A stretch of DNA of 64,000 nucleotides from Octopus vulgaris (GCA_951406725.2 OX597836.1:37386001-37450000), one strand, 5' to 3'. Shown: positions 42,868 to 56,587, numbered from the stretch's first letter. Made by a program: numbers and translations. Notes: generated by a model not told the origin, from the sequence alone.

Positions 42868-43196
42868 ATGGCTCAGTGGTTAGAGCGTCGAGCTTACGAT
42901 CGTGAGGTTGTGAGCTCGAATCCCGGACCGGGCTGCGTGTTGTGTTCTTGAGCAAGGCACTTTATTTCACGTTGCTCCAGTTCACTCAGCTGTAGAAATG
43001 AGTTGCGACGTCACAGGTGCCAAGCTGTATCGGCCCTTTTGTCTTTCCCTTGGATAACACTGGTGGCGTGGAGAGGGAGGCTGGTATGCATGGGCGACTG
43101 CTGGTCTTCCATAAACAACCTCGCTATGACTTGTGTCTAGGAGGGTAACTTTCTAGGTGCAATCCCATGGTCTGTGTCGTGACCGAAGTGGGTCTC

Positions 43197-43200
<4 letters not shown>
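42868..43200 (+). mobile_element. SINE family C
   Basis: tRNA-like head GGCTCAGTGGTTAGAGCGTCG...TCGAATCCC; matches 9788-10118. Confidence 0.87.
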
Positions 43201-43272
<72 letters not shown>

Positions 43273-44321
43273 ATATAGATATATATCATGCATTAGTCTG
43301 ACATGAAACTTTGATTTATTAAATAAGTTTCTCCTTTTGAAATGTTTCTAATATTAGAAGTTTTGAAATCTTTCGGAATAAGTATTCTGTAACGAAGGGA
43401 ATATTTTCCTCGTAACAAATGTGAAATGACGTGTTTGTTTTGTTGGGGTTTTTTTTCGAGAATATATTCATTACTATCTGCTAGGATCTATAAGTTAATC
43501 TGCTTCTCTTTTGTCATTCATAGCTTGACAGATCTGTAGCGACCCCCTTGTGATTTGTTATCTACGTAATGACTTTTAAATGTCATTTAATTTGCTCCAA
43601 ACTTTGATAGACAGAAATCTCGTCACAGCAATTAAACGATCCCTTCGGTATAGTTTTTTTTACGCTAAAGATGAAACAACTTAACACTTCTAACTATTAT
43701 CTTGTTATTTCGTTATTTTCGTATTTATTCCCCCCTCTCCCGCCCGTGATTAATAGTAAGCAGTGCAATATTGCTTTGAGCAAGCACTGGATGCAGGGTT
43801 ACAATATGTAGACTATGATTTGATCTGATTATGTTTTTTTTTTCCGTTGTTACCTACGCTAAATAAAATAGGTAAATCATTTCTGCTTGTATTCTGAAAG
43901 CCGTTTCTTGCCTACAGCGAAATGTTTTGAATAATTAAATTGCTTAAACTCTTCCTAAATTTCTATGCGAACAATTATATATCTTTAAAATTTATATATT
44001 TAATTCAAAGACGTTTTCCTTGGAGCAACATACTTCATAATTTATTTAATCACTGAAACATCAAGATTGGTTGTGTTTACTGGTATCTGTTTCTATATGT
44101 GGAAGAAGTGAACACAGTAGCACCCAACATGGCTGTCCTTTTAAGCAATCATTTGTCAGTCACGCAAAAATATCGCAAGCTTTTAAGTGCTGACATCGTT
44201 AAGATTAGTAAGTTAGATAACTCTAAGGCGATGCAGTATAGATTCAGTATAACGATCACTAATGGAAATGAAAGGAAATATACGGGAATTACTGACAATA
44301 ATTTTTAAAACATGCATTTTA

Positions 44322-44462
44322 TAAGGTTGTCCCAAAAGTTCCTAGAAAGTCTTGGAAAATAATGGTCTTTATTTTGAGGAATCATTTTTGTTGTTTTTGT
44401 TAGTACTTGGCGAGTAAAAATTCAATTTTCGCAAGTGTTTACGAACTTTTGGGACAACCTAA
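44322..44462. mobile_element. Mariner-derived MITE
   Basis: TIRs AGGTTGTCCCAAAAGTTC / GAACTTTTGGGACAACCT, flanked by TA. Confidence 0.8.
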
Positions 44463-44596
44463 TACATAGAGGGAGACAGAGCTAATTCCACCACTTAATT
44501 ACGATATATCTGTAAATAAATGAACAAAGGAAACGAAAAATGTTACCATAATTTGTAATATCATGAAACAGTAATCCGATTCAACAACCGAGTCAA

Positions 44597-45010
44597 GTGG
44601 AGGTGCAATGTCCCAGTGGTAAGGGCAGCGGACTCGCGGTCGGAGGATCGCGGTTTCGATTCCCAAACCGGGCGTTGTGTGTGTGTTTATTGAGCGAAAA
44701 CACCTAAAGCTCCACGAGGCTCCGGCAGGGGGATGGGGTGGCGACCCCTGTTGTACTCTTTTGCTCCAGCTTTCTCTCACTCTTTCTTCCTGTTCCTTGT
44801 CCCCGACTTCCTACGCAACCGCTGAGCCTGGATGCGCATTCATCCATCCGTAATTGCTCTCGGTGTCGGGGGTTGACCTGCTTTCTCTTCTGCAGGTCTT
44901 ACGAATAGCAAAGGACCACGTTTCGGACTTCTCCCACGACAGACAATCCTGAGGCGCGGTCTTGCGAGCTCTGGGAGGAAGACCGCTTCGCTCAACAAAC
45001 AAACAAACAA
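44597..45010 (+). mobile_element. SINE family D, full length with (CAAA)n tail
   Basis: tRNA-like head; flanked by AAC(C/A)GAGTCA direct repeats. Confidence 0.85.
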
Positions 45011-45624
45011 CAGAGTCAGAAGTATGATTTATGCTTATTTTAGAGATTTTATATACTTTCATCACTATCGGAATTGCAGAATTGAAATTCCGAACTAACA
45101 TTTCATTGTCATAAACAGAAGTCGTGTTTGTTACTTTCCAACTCATACAGACTAATTGTTTTTTGTTTTGCTTTTGTTTTTGTTTTTTTTGTTCGTTTTT
45201 TGTTTTGTTTTTTTGTTATACTTAACGCTAACTGCAACTCTGTCATAGGATGTGTATGTTGCCAAGTCACACAGAGTTATCATATCATAACAACAACTCC
45301 CGACAGTGTATGTAGTAGCGTGCCAGGGTCCGCTTTTGAACAGTAGAAGATATATCTAAACATTCGTGATACACCTCCTCAAGCTCACATGATCACCACA
45401 CTTCCATTCGTCTTTTAATTATCTGAAACATGATAGATAGCGAGAGCATATGACTAGTGATAGAGAAAATTATTGATTTGTTCCACTAAACTACGCTAGA
45501 TGTACAGAACTCTTTCTCTTGCATGAAGTCCCAAACATGAATGTGAGTGTGTGTATGTGTGTGTGTGGAGGGGTTATTTTGAGGGCTGCTTTATGACAGA
45601 AATATATATAAATATTTAACATAG

Positions 45625-45789
45625 ATACAGGAGTGGTTGTGTGGTGTGTAGATTACTTACCGACCACATGGTTCCGGGTGCAGTACCACTGCATGACATA
45701 TTGAGCAGGTGTCTTCCACTATATCTATCCTCGGGCCGACCAAAGCCTTGTGAGTGGATTTGGTAGGCGGAAACTGAAAGAAATCAGTC

Positions 45790-45791
<2 letters not shown>
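45625..45791 (+). mobile_element. SINE family B 5' half
   Basis: Family B head up to its internal TA tract. Confidence 0.75.
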
Positions 45792-45829
<38 letters not shown>

Positions 45830-45832
<3 letters not shown>

Positions 45833-46330
45833 ACTAATGTAGGATAAAATTTTTTGGGAAAAAAAATTTTTATCAATGGCCAGCATATTAAAAAATACCC
45901 TTAAAGGTTAAATTTATAAATAACTTACAAAATAAGAGCAAAAGAAAAATTCTAATGCCAAATATGCCGAAAATAGACAAAATTGTCAATAACCATTATA
46001 ATTTATGCGTCTCGAAACAATGCGAAAGAAATTTCTAAAAAATTCCGTTATTACCGTATTGGTCCCAATTTCAGAGTTAATTCATAAGAATTTTCCCCTT
46101 CTCAGCGATAAATACGTAAGACATAAATGAAATACTTACTCATACCCATGGAAAAAGCAAGCACTAAGTCCTGAGCAGACCTAAGTACCCTAAATATATC
46201 CAAAATAGAAAATCTTCAGCACATTTCGAGACACTTGTGATTCGAACTAGAAACTTTCACAGAGTGAGAGAATCCGGAAGTGAACACTATTAAATTTACA
46301 ACTAATGTAGGATAAAAAATTTTTCGAAAA
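45830..46330 (-). mobile_element. Hammerhead-containing ~468-bp unit with terminal direct repeat (PLE pLTR / retrozyme-like)
   Basis: ACAACTAATGTAGGATAAAA at 45830-45849 and 46298-46317; internal hammerhead fold. Confidence 0.6.
46049..46114 (-). ncRNA. Type I hammerhead ribozyme with non-canonical core (CTGAGAA)
   Basis: Minus strand: TATTTATCG-CTGAGAA-GGGGAAAATTC ttat GAATTAACTCT-GAAA-TTGG ga CCAA-TA-CGGTAATA. All three stems form; position 8 is A instead of G. Confidence 0.6.
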
Positions 46331-46339
46331 TGGATAAAC

Positions 46340-46370
<31 letters not shown>

Positions 46371-46392
46371 TAGATAGATAGATAGATAGATT

Positions 46393-46494
<102 letters not shown>

Positions 46495-47222
46495 CAGATA
46501 GATATATAGATAGATAGATGTATAGATAGGTAGATAGATAGATAGGTACGTACGTACGTACGTATGTATGTACGTAGGCAGGTAGGTAGTAAGAGAGATA
46601 GATAGATACATACATACACTCACATGTGCATGTATGCATGCATACATATATGTATGAATGCATCATACATACACGCATGCATGCATATATGAATGCATGC
46701 AAAATACCTACAGCAGCTCCGTCACCATTATATTTGTAATGAATGGAAACATTAGAAGAAAGCCATTATTTAACTTTTGAGTAATTAAAACACACATACA
46801 AACAAATAAGCACACAGAGACACACACAGACACACACACATATACACACACACACACGAAATCCATTCTCTAAAGAAATATAAATCTTTCGAGAATGACA
46901 AAATAAACTAGAAGTACTCTCAAAGAATTGAATTTTTATTTTTTTTTTTTTTTGTTTCTTTGCCTTGTTTTTACTTAAAAGCAGATGTCTCCACAATTTC
47001 ACGATTCTAGAAGAGTCATATGCTTTTATTGTTTGCATTTACAAATATATTTGTTATGATAAAATGTAATAAAATGTAATTCAATGTTGTTATATATATA
47101 TGTATATATTATTTATAGCGAATTCTGTGGCTTTCAACTTTGCTTCATCACTATGTACGCTTTGTGTTATACTGATATATATAAATATATATATGTATAT
47201 ATATATATAGATGATATATTCC

Positions 47223-47268
<46 letters not shown>

Positions 47269-47336
47269 TACATTTATACATATATATATATATACATATA
47301 TATGTATATATATATATGTGTATAATGTATAAATAT

Positions 47337-47382
<46 letters not shown>

Positions 47383-47475
47383 TTATTTATATATATATAC
47401 ATATATATTTATATGTACATATATATACATATATATATATATACTTATATATATATATACATATATATATATATG

Positions 47476-47517
<42 letters not shown>

Positions 47518-48243
47518 TATATATATTTATATATGATATTTATTTATTTACTTATTTTTAGATTCAACTAAATGAAAATTACTTCTGTATACGGAGGTCT
47601 CGAGTGACGTAATAGTAGAGACGCGCATGTCATATGATTCCAATGTTTTTGCGTCGCTCGTGCCCTTGAGAATATCGTGAAAGTCACCATTTTTGTTTCG
47701 ATTTCTATTGAAAGTTTAAAGACTGCCATGCAACTTCTCTCTAAGCAAACAAAGTCCTAGCGAGTTGTGCAATTTATGAAATGTCAGCATTAGGTTAACA
47801 CCCAGCTTTAGAATAAGAGTGATGTGATTAAAATCTGAACAAGAATCACGCACGTACACACATACGCGCATATGCACACCCACGCGCATATGCACACCCA
47901 CGCACACGCACACACACACGCGCACGTACACGCATATTCATACGCACTCTTTCTCTCTCTCTCGTTCTTACTCTCTCTCTCCTTTTCTATCTCTAGTCAC
48001 TTCTCTCTCTTTCTCGCCTCTTCTTTCTCGCCTCTTCTTTCTCTCCTCTTTTCTCTCTCTCACCTCTTCTCTATCTCGTCTTCTCTATTACACCTCTTCT
48101 CTGCCTCTCCCCTTTGCTCCCTCTCCCTCTCTTCATATATATATATATATATAAAGGGAGAGTTTACGAAAATAAACAAAAGACGAAGGCAGGTGGAGTA
48201 CAAACAAAGAAATGTATTAGTATAGCGCTCAGGAATATATATA

Positions 48244-48274
<31 letters not shown>

Positions 48275-48337
48275 TTATCTACATACAGACTTATCGCTCT
48301 GTCTCTCTCTCTGTGCATAAGAGTGTCTTTCTCTCTC

Positions 48338-48445
<108 letters not shown>

Positions 48446-48946
48446 TGTGTGTACAGACATACACACATACATATACATATAGATAGACAGACAGACGGAC
48501 ACACAGAACAGCAACGAGAGAGAGAGGAACAACGAGAAAAAGAGGAAGGAATATCACGGTAGCTAAAATATTTGAGAGAAAGTGAGTGGAACTGGTTAAT
48601 TAACTAAAATTTCGCCGATACTAATTAAAAAACCCATTACATACCGTAATGAAAAATGATGGTGAAGTAAAAAGCGGGGATTGCTTCAGAATTCACAATG
48701 CTCACATGTAGAATGTAATTAAGCAGCGAATATACTCTTTGCTGTTCGAGGACAATTTAGGCATGGTTTGATGTGATTAAAATTCGTCACTAGAGAGTAA
48801 TGAAATTCTATTATAAACATACGTGTGGGGTGGGGGATTCGAGCCAAAATGCTGGGTGACATTTCGGTCGTCTTTATGTTCTGAGTTCAAATGCCGTCAA
48901 GGTCGACCTTCCTTTTACCTTTACAGGGTTGAACAGAATAAGTACC

Positions 48947-49143
48947 TATTTCTTTATTACCCACAAGGGGCTAAACATAGAGGAGACAAACATGGACAGA
49001 CATAGGTATTAAGTCGATTATATCGACCCCGAAAGGATGAAAGGCAAAGTCGACCTCGGCGGAATTTGAACTCACAACGTAACGGCAGCCGAAATACCGC
49101 TAAGCATTTCGCCCGACGTGCTAACGATTCTGCTAGCTCGCCG
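48947..49143 (-). mobile_element. SINE family A nested antisense in an older family A copy (48835-49220)
   Basis: TSD CAGAATAAGTACC at 48934-48946 and 49144-49156. Confidence 0.85.
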
Positions 49144-49224
49144 CAGAATAAGTACCAGTTGCACACTGGGGTCGAAGGAAATGATTTATCCCGTGCCATC
49201 GAATTTGCTGACCTTGTGCCATTA

Positions 49225-49883
49225 ACTTTTAACATCCTAGCCCACCGCTGCTGTTTACAGCAGTGCTTGGGTGGAATGTGTGTAGCGTGTGAACGTCGCA
49301 TTGACCATGACAGAGAAAGATGAGCAGAGAATCTGCATGAAATTTTGCCAAAAGCTTGGCGTTACCTGCTCAGGTGTCTACGCAAAGATTTCAAAAAATT
49401 TTCATCGTTTTCGACAGAATTAAGAAGATCTTGTGCAACTGAAAAATCCGAGTGTCTTTATGGTGAGCTGAAAGCAGTTTTCACACAAACGTTGCAGAGA
49501 TAATGAACTGAACTGAACCGTAACTAATCTGCACATCATCTGATAACTCACGGATGGTGAATCGACGACTTACCTTCACAGCTGGGATGTCTTTTCTCAG
49601 TTCTGTTTCTTGCGTGACTCCCTGAACGTTCGTTAATATCGTCATTTAGCCTCTGAACCGCTATCACCATGGCAACTTCCTCTGTCATAGTCAATGCGAC
49701 GATCACGCGCTACACACCTTCCTCCGAAGCATTGCTGTAAACAGCGGAAGTGAGCTAGAACGCTCAATCCTAGTGCGCATACACAGCAGACTTCAAGGTT
49801 AATCTGTGTCAAGAATCTTCACTGTGTGTGCTTTAGCTTTGTTTCTATAGTAACAATCTGTATATTTATTGGTCAGACCTCGT
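49225..49883. mobile_element. Mariner derivative made of two inverted 5' ends
   Basis: 49235-49320 is the reverse complement of 49678-49760. Plus strand encodes the mariner N-terminus MTEKDEQRICMKFCQKLG; the right end is a TIR (rc CGAGGTCTGACCAATAAATA). Confidence 0.7.
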
Positions 49884-49891
49884 GTGGATAT

Positions 49892-49941
<50 letters not shown>

Positions 49942-49971
49942 GTAAATGTAATATGTGACAATTATTTGGTA

Positions 49972-50041
49972 GCCATGATCAAACTCCGAGTTTCGGATGC
50001 CGAGGTGGAAATCCACGCCGCCATCTCTTCAGTTATCTGGC
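49972..50041 (-). ncRNA. Type I hammerhead ribozyme in a ~170-bp unit between two (TA)n tracts
   Basis: Minus strand: GCCAGATAA-CTGAAGA-GATG..GTGG attt CCAC..CATC-C-GAAA-CT cgg AG-TT-TGATCATGGC. Confidence 0.7.
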
Positions 50042-50110
50042 CATCGGAAAAAAATCTATTTACATAATATCGAGGTCTCTTTCATTCTTTTGTTGTCTTA
50101 CCATTTTCAT

Positions 50111-50161
<51 letters not shown>

Positions 50162-50209
50162 CTTATATATATATATATATGTGTGTATGTATGTATGTAT
50201 ATATATATG

Positions 50210-50436
50210 TCGAGCTGGCAGACGCGTTAGCGCGCCGGGCGGAATGCTTAGCGGTATTTTGTCTGTCGTTACGTTCTGAGTTCAAATTCCGCCGAGGTCG
50301 ACTTTGCCTTTCATCCTTTCGGGTTCGATAAATAAAAGTACCAGTTTCGCACTGGGGTCGATGTAATCGACTTAATCCCTTTGTCTGTCCTTGTTTGTCC
50401 TCTCTATGTTTAGCCCCTTTTGGGCAATAAAGAAAT
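50210..50436 (+). mobile_element. SINE family A
   Basis: Family A consensus. Confidence 0.88.
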
Positions 50437-51343
50437 ATATATGTATGTATGTATGTATGTATATATTTACGTATGTATGTATGTATGTATGTATGTATAC
50501 ATCTGTGTGTAACGGTGTAAGCATATTAACAGTGTGAGATTAAACGAGGTTCTAGCAGTTTGCGAACAGATTCCTCAATTCTGTAATCTGTTCCCACTGT
50601 GGCAACTAACTGACTATAAACATACTAAGAAAAAAGCTAACATTAATCTCTTTTCTTAGAAATCACGAAAACAACACCGGGATTTTATTCCTTTTACTCG
50701 TACAATACCATTTTGCTGAGACGCCATTGTAGTACATTAAACTGTCTATTTATTATTATTTTGTTTTTTCAACCCACCATTCTATTATTTTATTGCTAGG
50801 AATTCATTTATTTAGCATGCCTAAAGCAGGAAACATCGATTAAAAGTGAGAAAGGTTTTTACATAGAACTATAGAACTACTTTATTTTCCCTTCTGTTAA
50901 CTTTGGTCTTTCATTAATTTTCCTTGAAGTGTGTATATGGCATGAACTTACTTTTGCGTCCATGTCATATAAAGAGCTAGCAAGATGTCGTAAACTTTCT
51001 GGGAATAAGTCCAAGAATTGATTTGAGGTAACAAGATAAAAGGAAACGCTTGACAACATCAACGAGTGATAAAATTTCAAAGCAAAAATTAATTGAACAT
51101 TAGCTTTAACGTGAAAGTGTGATGAAGATCCTAAGATTATGTATGATGAAAGAATTGCTCTTCCAGAGTATTGAACAATAAAGAGCAGCCTGAGATGTTC
51201 AAGAAAATTATGATGGGTTGCTCGTTATCAAGAAGAAACTTGACGGTGGTCATTGCACAGCTTTTGGGTCCATACGCATTAAAAAATAATTCACGTTTCA
51301 GAGCAATGGAAAAAAAAGTCGAGCCGTTTGAGAATGCATAAGG

Positions 51344-51381
<38 letters not shown>

Positions 51382-51382
51382 G

Positions 51383-51423
<41 letters not shown>

Positions 51424-51589
51424 TAAACTACAGTTTCAATATATAACAAAAATAAACAGGTCATTTTTAAATACAGAGGATCTGATTGAATTTAAAATTA
51501 AAAAGAGGGATCAAATATGGGAATAGGACTCCATATCTACGAGACAGCGAATTAAAAATTAAAAATAGAATATATATGAAAATGATGAG

Positions 51590-52750
51590 AAAAAAATCTA
51601 AAATTTACGTTATTATTGACAAAACTTCATCGGTTTCAGATCTAATAGTTATCATTATTTTCTGGAAGATTAGGATAAGAATTTATCACTCACAAATTTT
51701 CGCCATTTGGTTGCATAGAAATAATATATATTTCTGTGTTACAGAGCCTGCAGTTGGATGAACATCTAGAAAATAACCTGATAGTATTTTGTTCTGACGG
51801 AGCAAATGTAATATTTGACAAAAATTCAGGAGTCGATGCTAAACGTCAGAATGAACGCAATAAATCACTTGAAAATATTTATTGATATTCTTTGATAAAG
51901 CATAGAAGACTTCGTAAGTCAAACAAAAATCAGAGCTTATTAAAATTCTTGATAATTATTATTAGACATCCAAATGTAGCGTATAGCTTCTTGCCGCCTT
52001 AGCTCAGCATTTCCTTCTAAAGAAAAATATGCAAGAATGACTCACTGTATTTTCCATAAATCTTTCCTAGGAGGTTTAGCCATGATAGATATGTATATAA
52101 AGGAATTTATTTACTGATAAATGCCCACTAAGCCATAAATATGAAACTGCCATGAGTTGAAAAATAAAAAAGGCCAATCAATACTTATGGTATTACACAC
52201 AAAAAGAGAAGTGACACCTATGAAAGGAAAACATTTCAGCATATTGAATTTGTTGAAAATAAGAAATATATCAGCCTTTCAAACCAAGGACTGCTAAAGG
52301 CAGTAATATGAAATATGAAGCTAAAATTCATGGGAAGTGATATGTATTATAAATCAAGAAAACAATGCCCAAGACACTAATAAAATTCATGAATTCATAA
52401 ATATTGTTAACCCAGATTTTTGTAACGCAAATAAAGTTGTTGCTCCCTAGAAAGCAATTGATAAAAAGATACATGAATTTTATTAACAATTTCAGCATAA
52501 AATCTCAGTCAACGACCTTCGAGATTATTTTGAAGCTGTTGAATAAAAATTACCATGATACGATCTCAATGCCGTATATAAAGCAAAAAAAAAATGTAAT
52601 TATTATCATTACTCTAAGTTCTCCAGAGGCAGGAAATGGGTATCTGATAATGAACATTACATATCTAGATAAAAACGAATTTCCTAGTTTCAGTTAGATG
52701 GTGATGAACAAAAATCACACAGCGAGCGATAAAAGAGAAAGAATGTAACT
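51590..52750 (+). mobile_element. Highly decayed hAT transposase (KIAA1586/ZNF862-like motifs)
   Basis: Fragments IYVIIDKTSSVS, LENNLIVFCSDGANVIFDKNSGV and IITLSSPEAGNGYLIMNI resemble the hAT DE(S/T)T, xDGAxxM and ERxFSxMN motifs. Confidence 0.6.
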
Positions 52751-53116
52751 AATAAAACAAAATAAATCAATGTGAATTAACTTTTTCAATATGAATATAT
52801 TTGAGGAGTGATTATAAAAAGATGCATCGCATTACGTAAATGATGTTGCTATTTTCTTATTTCCTTTGTAGGTTTTTGTTTACTACACCGGCAGGCAAAT
52901 TTTGCTGATGATCATCAATAAATTTTGAGGTAGGGGTGTTCAGGGTTCCAAATATATTCTACAACCGTATGCCACAGATATCAGTTCTTATTCACTCATT
53001 ATCTCATCATATGAATCAATAATGAGACGGTTATCTGTTAACAAAATAAAGCAACCATGATATATGAAGATAAATGTTTATATATATATATTTGTGCATG
53101 CATGTACATGATCACA

Positions 53117-53159
<43 letters not shown>

Positions 53160-53269
53160 AATATTATTTTTAGGGAATAAAAGTTCTGGCATAACAGAGG
53201 TACAAATTATTCTCAATGAAGAAATATATTTTAATTTAGAGATAGTAGTGGTCTACTATTACTGAATTA

Positions 53270-53301
<32 letters not shown>

Positions 53302-53689
53302 CATGTGGTCACATGAACGACCACATTATCAGATGCTGTTACACAACGCTACTCACAATGCGCTATGCGTTATTTTAGCCTTCAAAATACGCCACCCGCT
53401 GGTCAAGCGAGTAGGTCAACATTCCCACACACCTGATCGCGAGTGAGGCCTGCAGCATCGTGATATAAAGTGTTTTGCTCAAGAACCCACGTGGATTCAG
53501 CTTTCATAAAGGATTATCTGTGTCGAGAAAATGATGAAAGTAAAAATCTTAAATATTCCAATTCCAACTTTTGCTTCTTTTCCTCCTGTAATTTTTCCAG
53601 GTTTAATAAAATCAAAAAATGAACATTCCTGCATCTGCATCTGCATATATATATATATATATATATGTATGTGTATGTGTGTGTGTGTG

Positions 53690-54090
53690 TGTGTGTTTGT
53701 GTGTCTGTGTTTGTCCCTCACCCCAACATAGCTTGACAACCGATGCTGGAACATTGGGCAAGTGTCTTCTACTATAGCCTCGGGCCGACCAAAGCCTTGT
53801 GAGTGGATTTGGTAGGCGGAAACTGAAAGAAGCCCATCATATATATGTATATATGTATATATGTGTGTGTGCGCGCTTGTATGTCTGTGTTTATCCCCCA
53901 CCCCAACATCGCTTAACAACCGATGCTGGTGTGTTTACGTCCTCGTAACTTAGCGGTTTGGCAAGAGACCGATAGAATAAGTACTAGGCTTACAAAGAAT
54001 AAGTCCTGGGGTCGATTTGCTCGACTAAAGGTGGTGCTCCAGCATTGGCCCAGGCAAATGACTGGAACAAGTAAAAGAGTAAAGAGAGAA
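53690..54090 (+). mobile_element. SINE family B with partial internal duplication
   Basis: TTTGTCCC..CCCCAACAT..ACAACCGATGCTGG occurs twice (about 53710 and 53890). Confidence 0.8.
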
Positions 54091-54111
54091 AGAGAGAGTG
54101 AGAGAGATTGA

Positions 54112-54400
54112 TAGATACACAAATATATATATGTACATATACATATATTTGTATATGTATATATTACATATATAAACATATGATACACAAATATATATAT
54201 ATATGTACATATACATATATTTGTATATGTATATACATATATTACATATATAAACATATGATACACAAATATATATATATATGTACATATACATATATTT
54301 GTATATGTATATACATATATTACATATATATATATATGATACACAAATATATATATGTACATATACATAAATTTGTATATCTATATACATATATTACATA
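54112..54400. repeat. ~75-bp TA-rich minisatellite, 3-4 copies
   Basis: Unit GATACACAAATATATAT..GTACATATACATATATTTGTATATG..ATTACATATA. Confidence 0.8.
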
Positions 54401-54436
54401 TGCGAGGACATTTGAACCCAGAAGGTAAAGAAATAT

Positions 54437-54665
54437 CTATTTCTTTACTACCCACAAGAGGCTAAACACAGAGGGAACAAACAAGGACAGACAAACGGAT
54501 TAAGTCGATTACATCAACCCCAGTGCGTAACTGGTACTTAATTTATCGACCCCGAAAGGATGAAAGGCAAAGTCGACCTCGGCGGAATTTGAACTCAGAA
54601 CGTAACGGCAGACGAAATACCGCTAAGCATTTTTCATGATGTGCTAACGACTCTATCAGCTCCTC
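54437..54665 (-). mobile_element. SINE family A
   Basis: Family A consensus. Confidence 0.87.
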
Positions 54666-55416
54666 AAATGTCTTTAATGAGCAATGCCGCATTCTCAGTT
54701 AGGATACAGGTGTGTTTTGAAAGATTATCAATGAAAATGATCCACACGTGTACATACTTGCGAATAGCTTTAAATGAAATGAAAACTATGTGTTCTGAGG
54801 GACTTTTCTGTATAGGCTACTCTGATGCAATGCTATCATCTATCAGGAAACGTAGAAGATTTTAGAAGTCCTTTGGCTAAATCCGAAGAATCTACACTTG
54901 ATTTATCACCTGTAACAAGGCAATGACATCCTTATCATTGCCAAGAAAGGTGGCTGTACTATTAATTAAGCTTAATTCTTCAGTATTCTTATTATTATAA
55001 GCTACACTTGAAAACCTGACTAATTAGTATAATGTGCATCTTGTATCGCCAATAGTATCAGTACCGCGTAAATTTATTCCTCTGCAATGATTAGATAATC
55101 TAATAAATAGTACATCCTTATATAAAAGTATAACGGTAAAAAAATTAACATAATTTATTACTAGTGGTTCACATGATTAATAAACGTAGTAAGACAAAAT
55201 ATTTTGTATAAATGTGAATAAAGATTTACTGACGGAGAGAAGACCTTTGACAGGACATCTTACATGATAAAAAATGCAGTACATCCTTATATGCGTACAT
55301 ATGTATATGTGTCTGCATGTGTATATATGTGTTAGTATAGGACTTAGAACTTAATTATGGGTACAAGCTGTTAAACCCTAAGTGTTTTCTCTTTGCTGTA
55401 TAAAACAAATCTTTTT

Positions 55417-55455
55417 AACATTTGATAAGATGGATACATCGAAACCGGTTGTGTT
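55417..55455 (+). ncRNA. Minimal type I hammerhead with U3:A8 covariant core
   Basis: AACAT-TTGATAA-GATG gata CATC-GAAA-CCGG-TT-GTGTT; palindromic ACCGGT stem III. Confidence 0.65.
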
Positions 55456-55536
55456 TTAAATCAATCACTTTAAGGAAAAAAGATTAAACATTCTCTAGAT
55501 TATACTTCTATGCCTCTTCCAACTTTAATTGCCTTT

Positions 55537-55574
<38 letters not shown>

Positions 55575-55611
55575 TAAATAAATGGAGTTTAACGCAGGTA
55601 TAAATCAAATA

Positions 55612-55707
55612 TTTTCACTTTCGACACATGTTTCGAAAATTCCACTGATATTATTCAAGAGAATAAATGGTATAAATAATGCAATCTTCTCTTCAGGAAA
55701 GTGAAAA
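55612..55707 (-). ncRNA. Type I hammerhead ribozyme (same family as 42581-42676)
   Basis: Minus strand: TTTTCACTTTC-CTGAAGA-GAAGATTGCAT..GGAATTTTC-GAAA-CATGTG-TC-GAAAGTGAAAA. Perfect 11-bp stem I. The unit ends ..TTTATTCA(TA)n like the 42.7-kb copy. Confidence 0.85.
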
Positions 55708-56094
55708 AAACGAAACTCGTCAATAAGACATTTTAGCACCAAATGATGGATTTGTATAGCGATTAACTGAACGCAATTAATATTGTTTGAAAAAACGTTA
55801 TATGATATAACGTCAGAAGTAGCTTACAGAAAGAGTAGAGATATCAATAGTGATTAAAGAAATTAATGTTTAAATTATATATAATGATAGAGATTACTTA
55901 TATGCACTAAAAGTGTGTTTTTGCCAATGCTTACATCTGTATGCTCGCTCTATAAGCATGTTTACTAGGGGATTTTTAGAAAAAATAATGAAAAATAGTT
56001 TAGAATTACAGAGAAGACAGAATTGCTTGCCTTTGTCATAAGGTATCGAGACTGAGAGAATCAACCATTCTAAATTAAATTGTTCATTGTGGTC

Positions 56095-56236
56095 TTTTAG
56101 TCGAGAAAATCGACCCCAGGACTAATTCTTTATAAGCCTAGTACTAGTTCTATCGTTCTCTTTACGGGGACGTAAACACACCAGCATCGGTTGTCAAGCG
56201 ATGTTGGGGGAGACAAAGACAGACACACAAACATAT

Positions 56237-56299
<63 letters not shown>

Positions 56300-56442
56300 T
56301 ACGGCGAGCTTCTTTCAGTTTCCGTCTACCAAATCCGAGGCTATAGTAGAAGACACTTGCCCAAAGTGCCACGCAGTGGGACTGAACCCGGAACCATGTG
56401 GTTGGTAAGCAAGCTACTTACCACACAGCCACACTCTGCGCC
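56095..56442 (-). mobile_element. SINE family B
   Basis: Family B consensus with small deletions. Confidence 0.82.
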
Positions 56443-56501
56443 TATATTGTATATGTATGTGTATATGTGTATGTGTATGTGTGCGTTTGTCTGTGTGTGT
56501 G

Positions 56502-56587
<86 letters not shown>

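Noticed and set aside
42868-42945. tRNA-like sequences with A and B boxes (also 10050-10118, 44597, 58887)
   Set aside because: They continue into conserved SINE bodies and I could not fold a proper acceptor stem; these are SINE heads.
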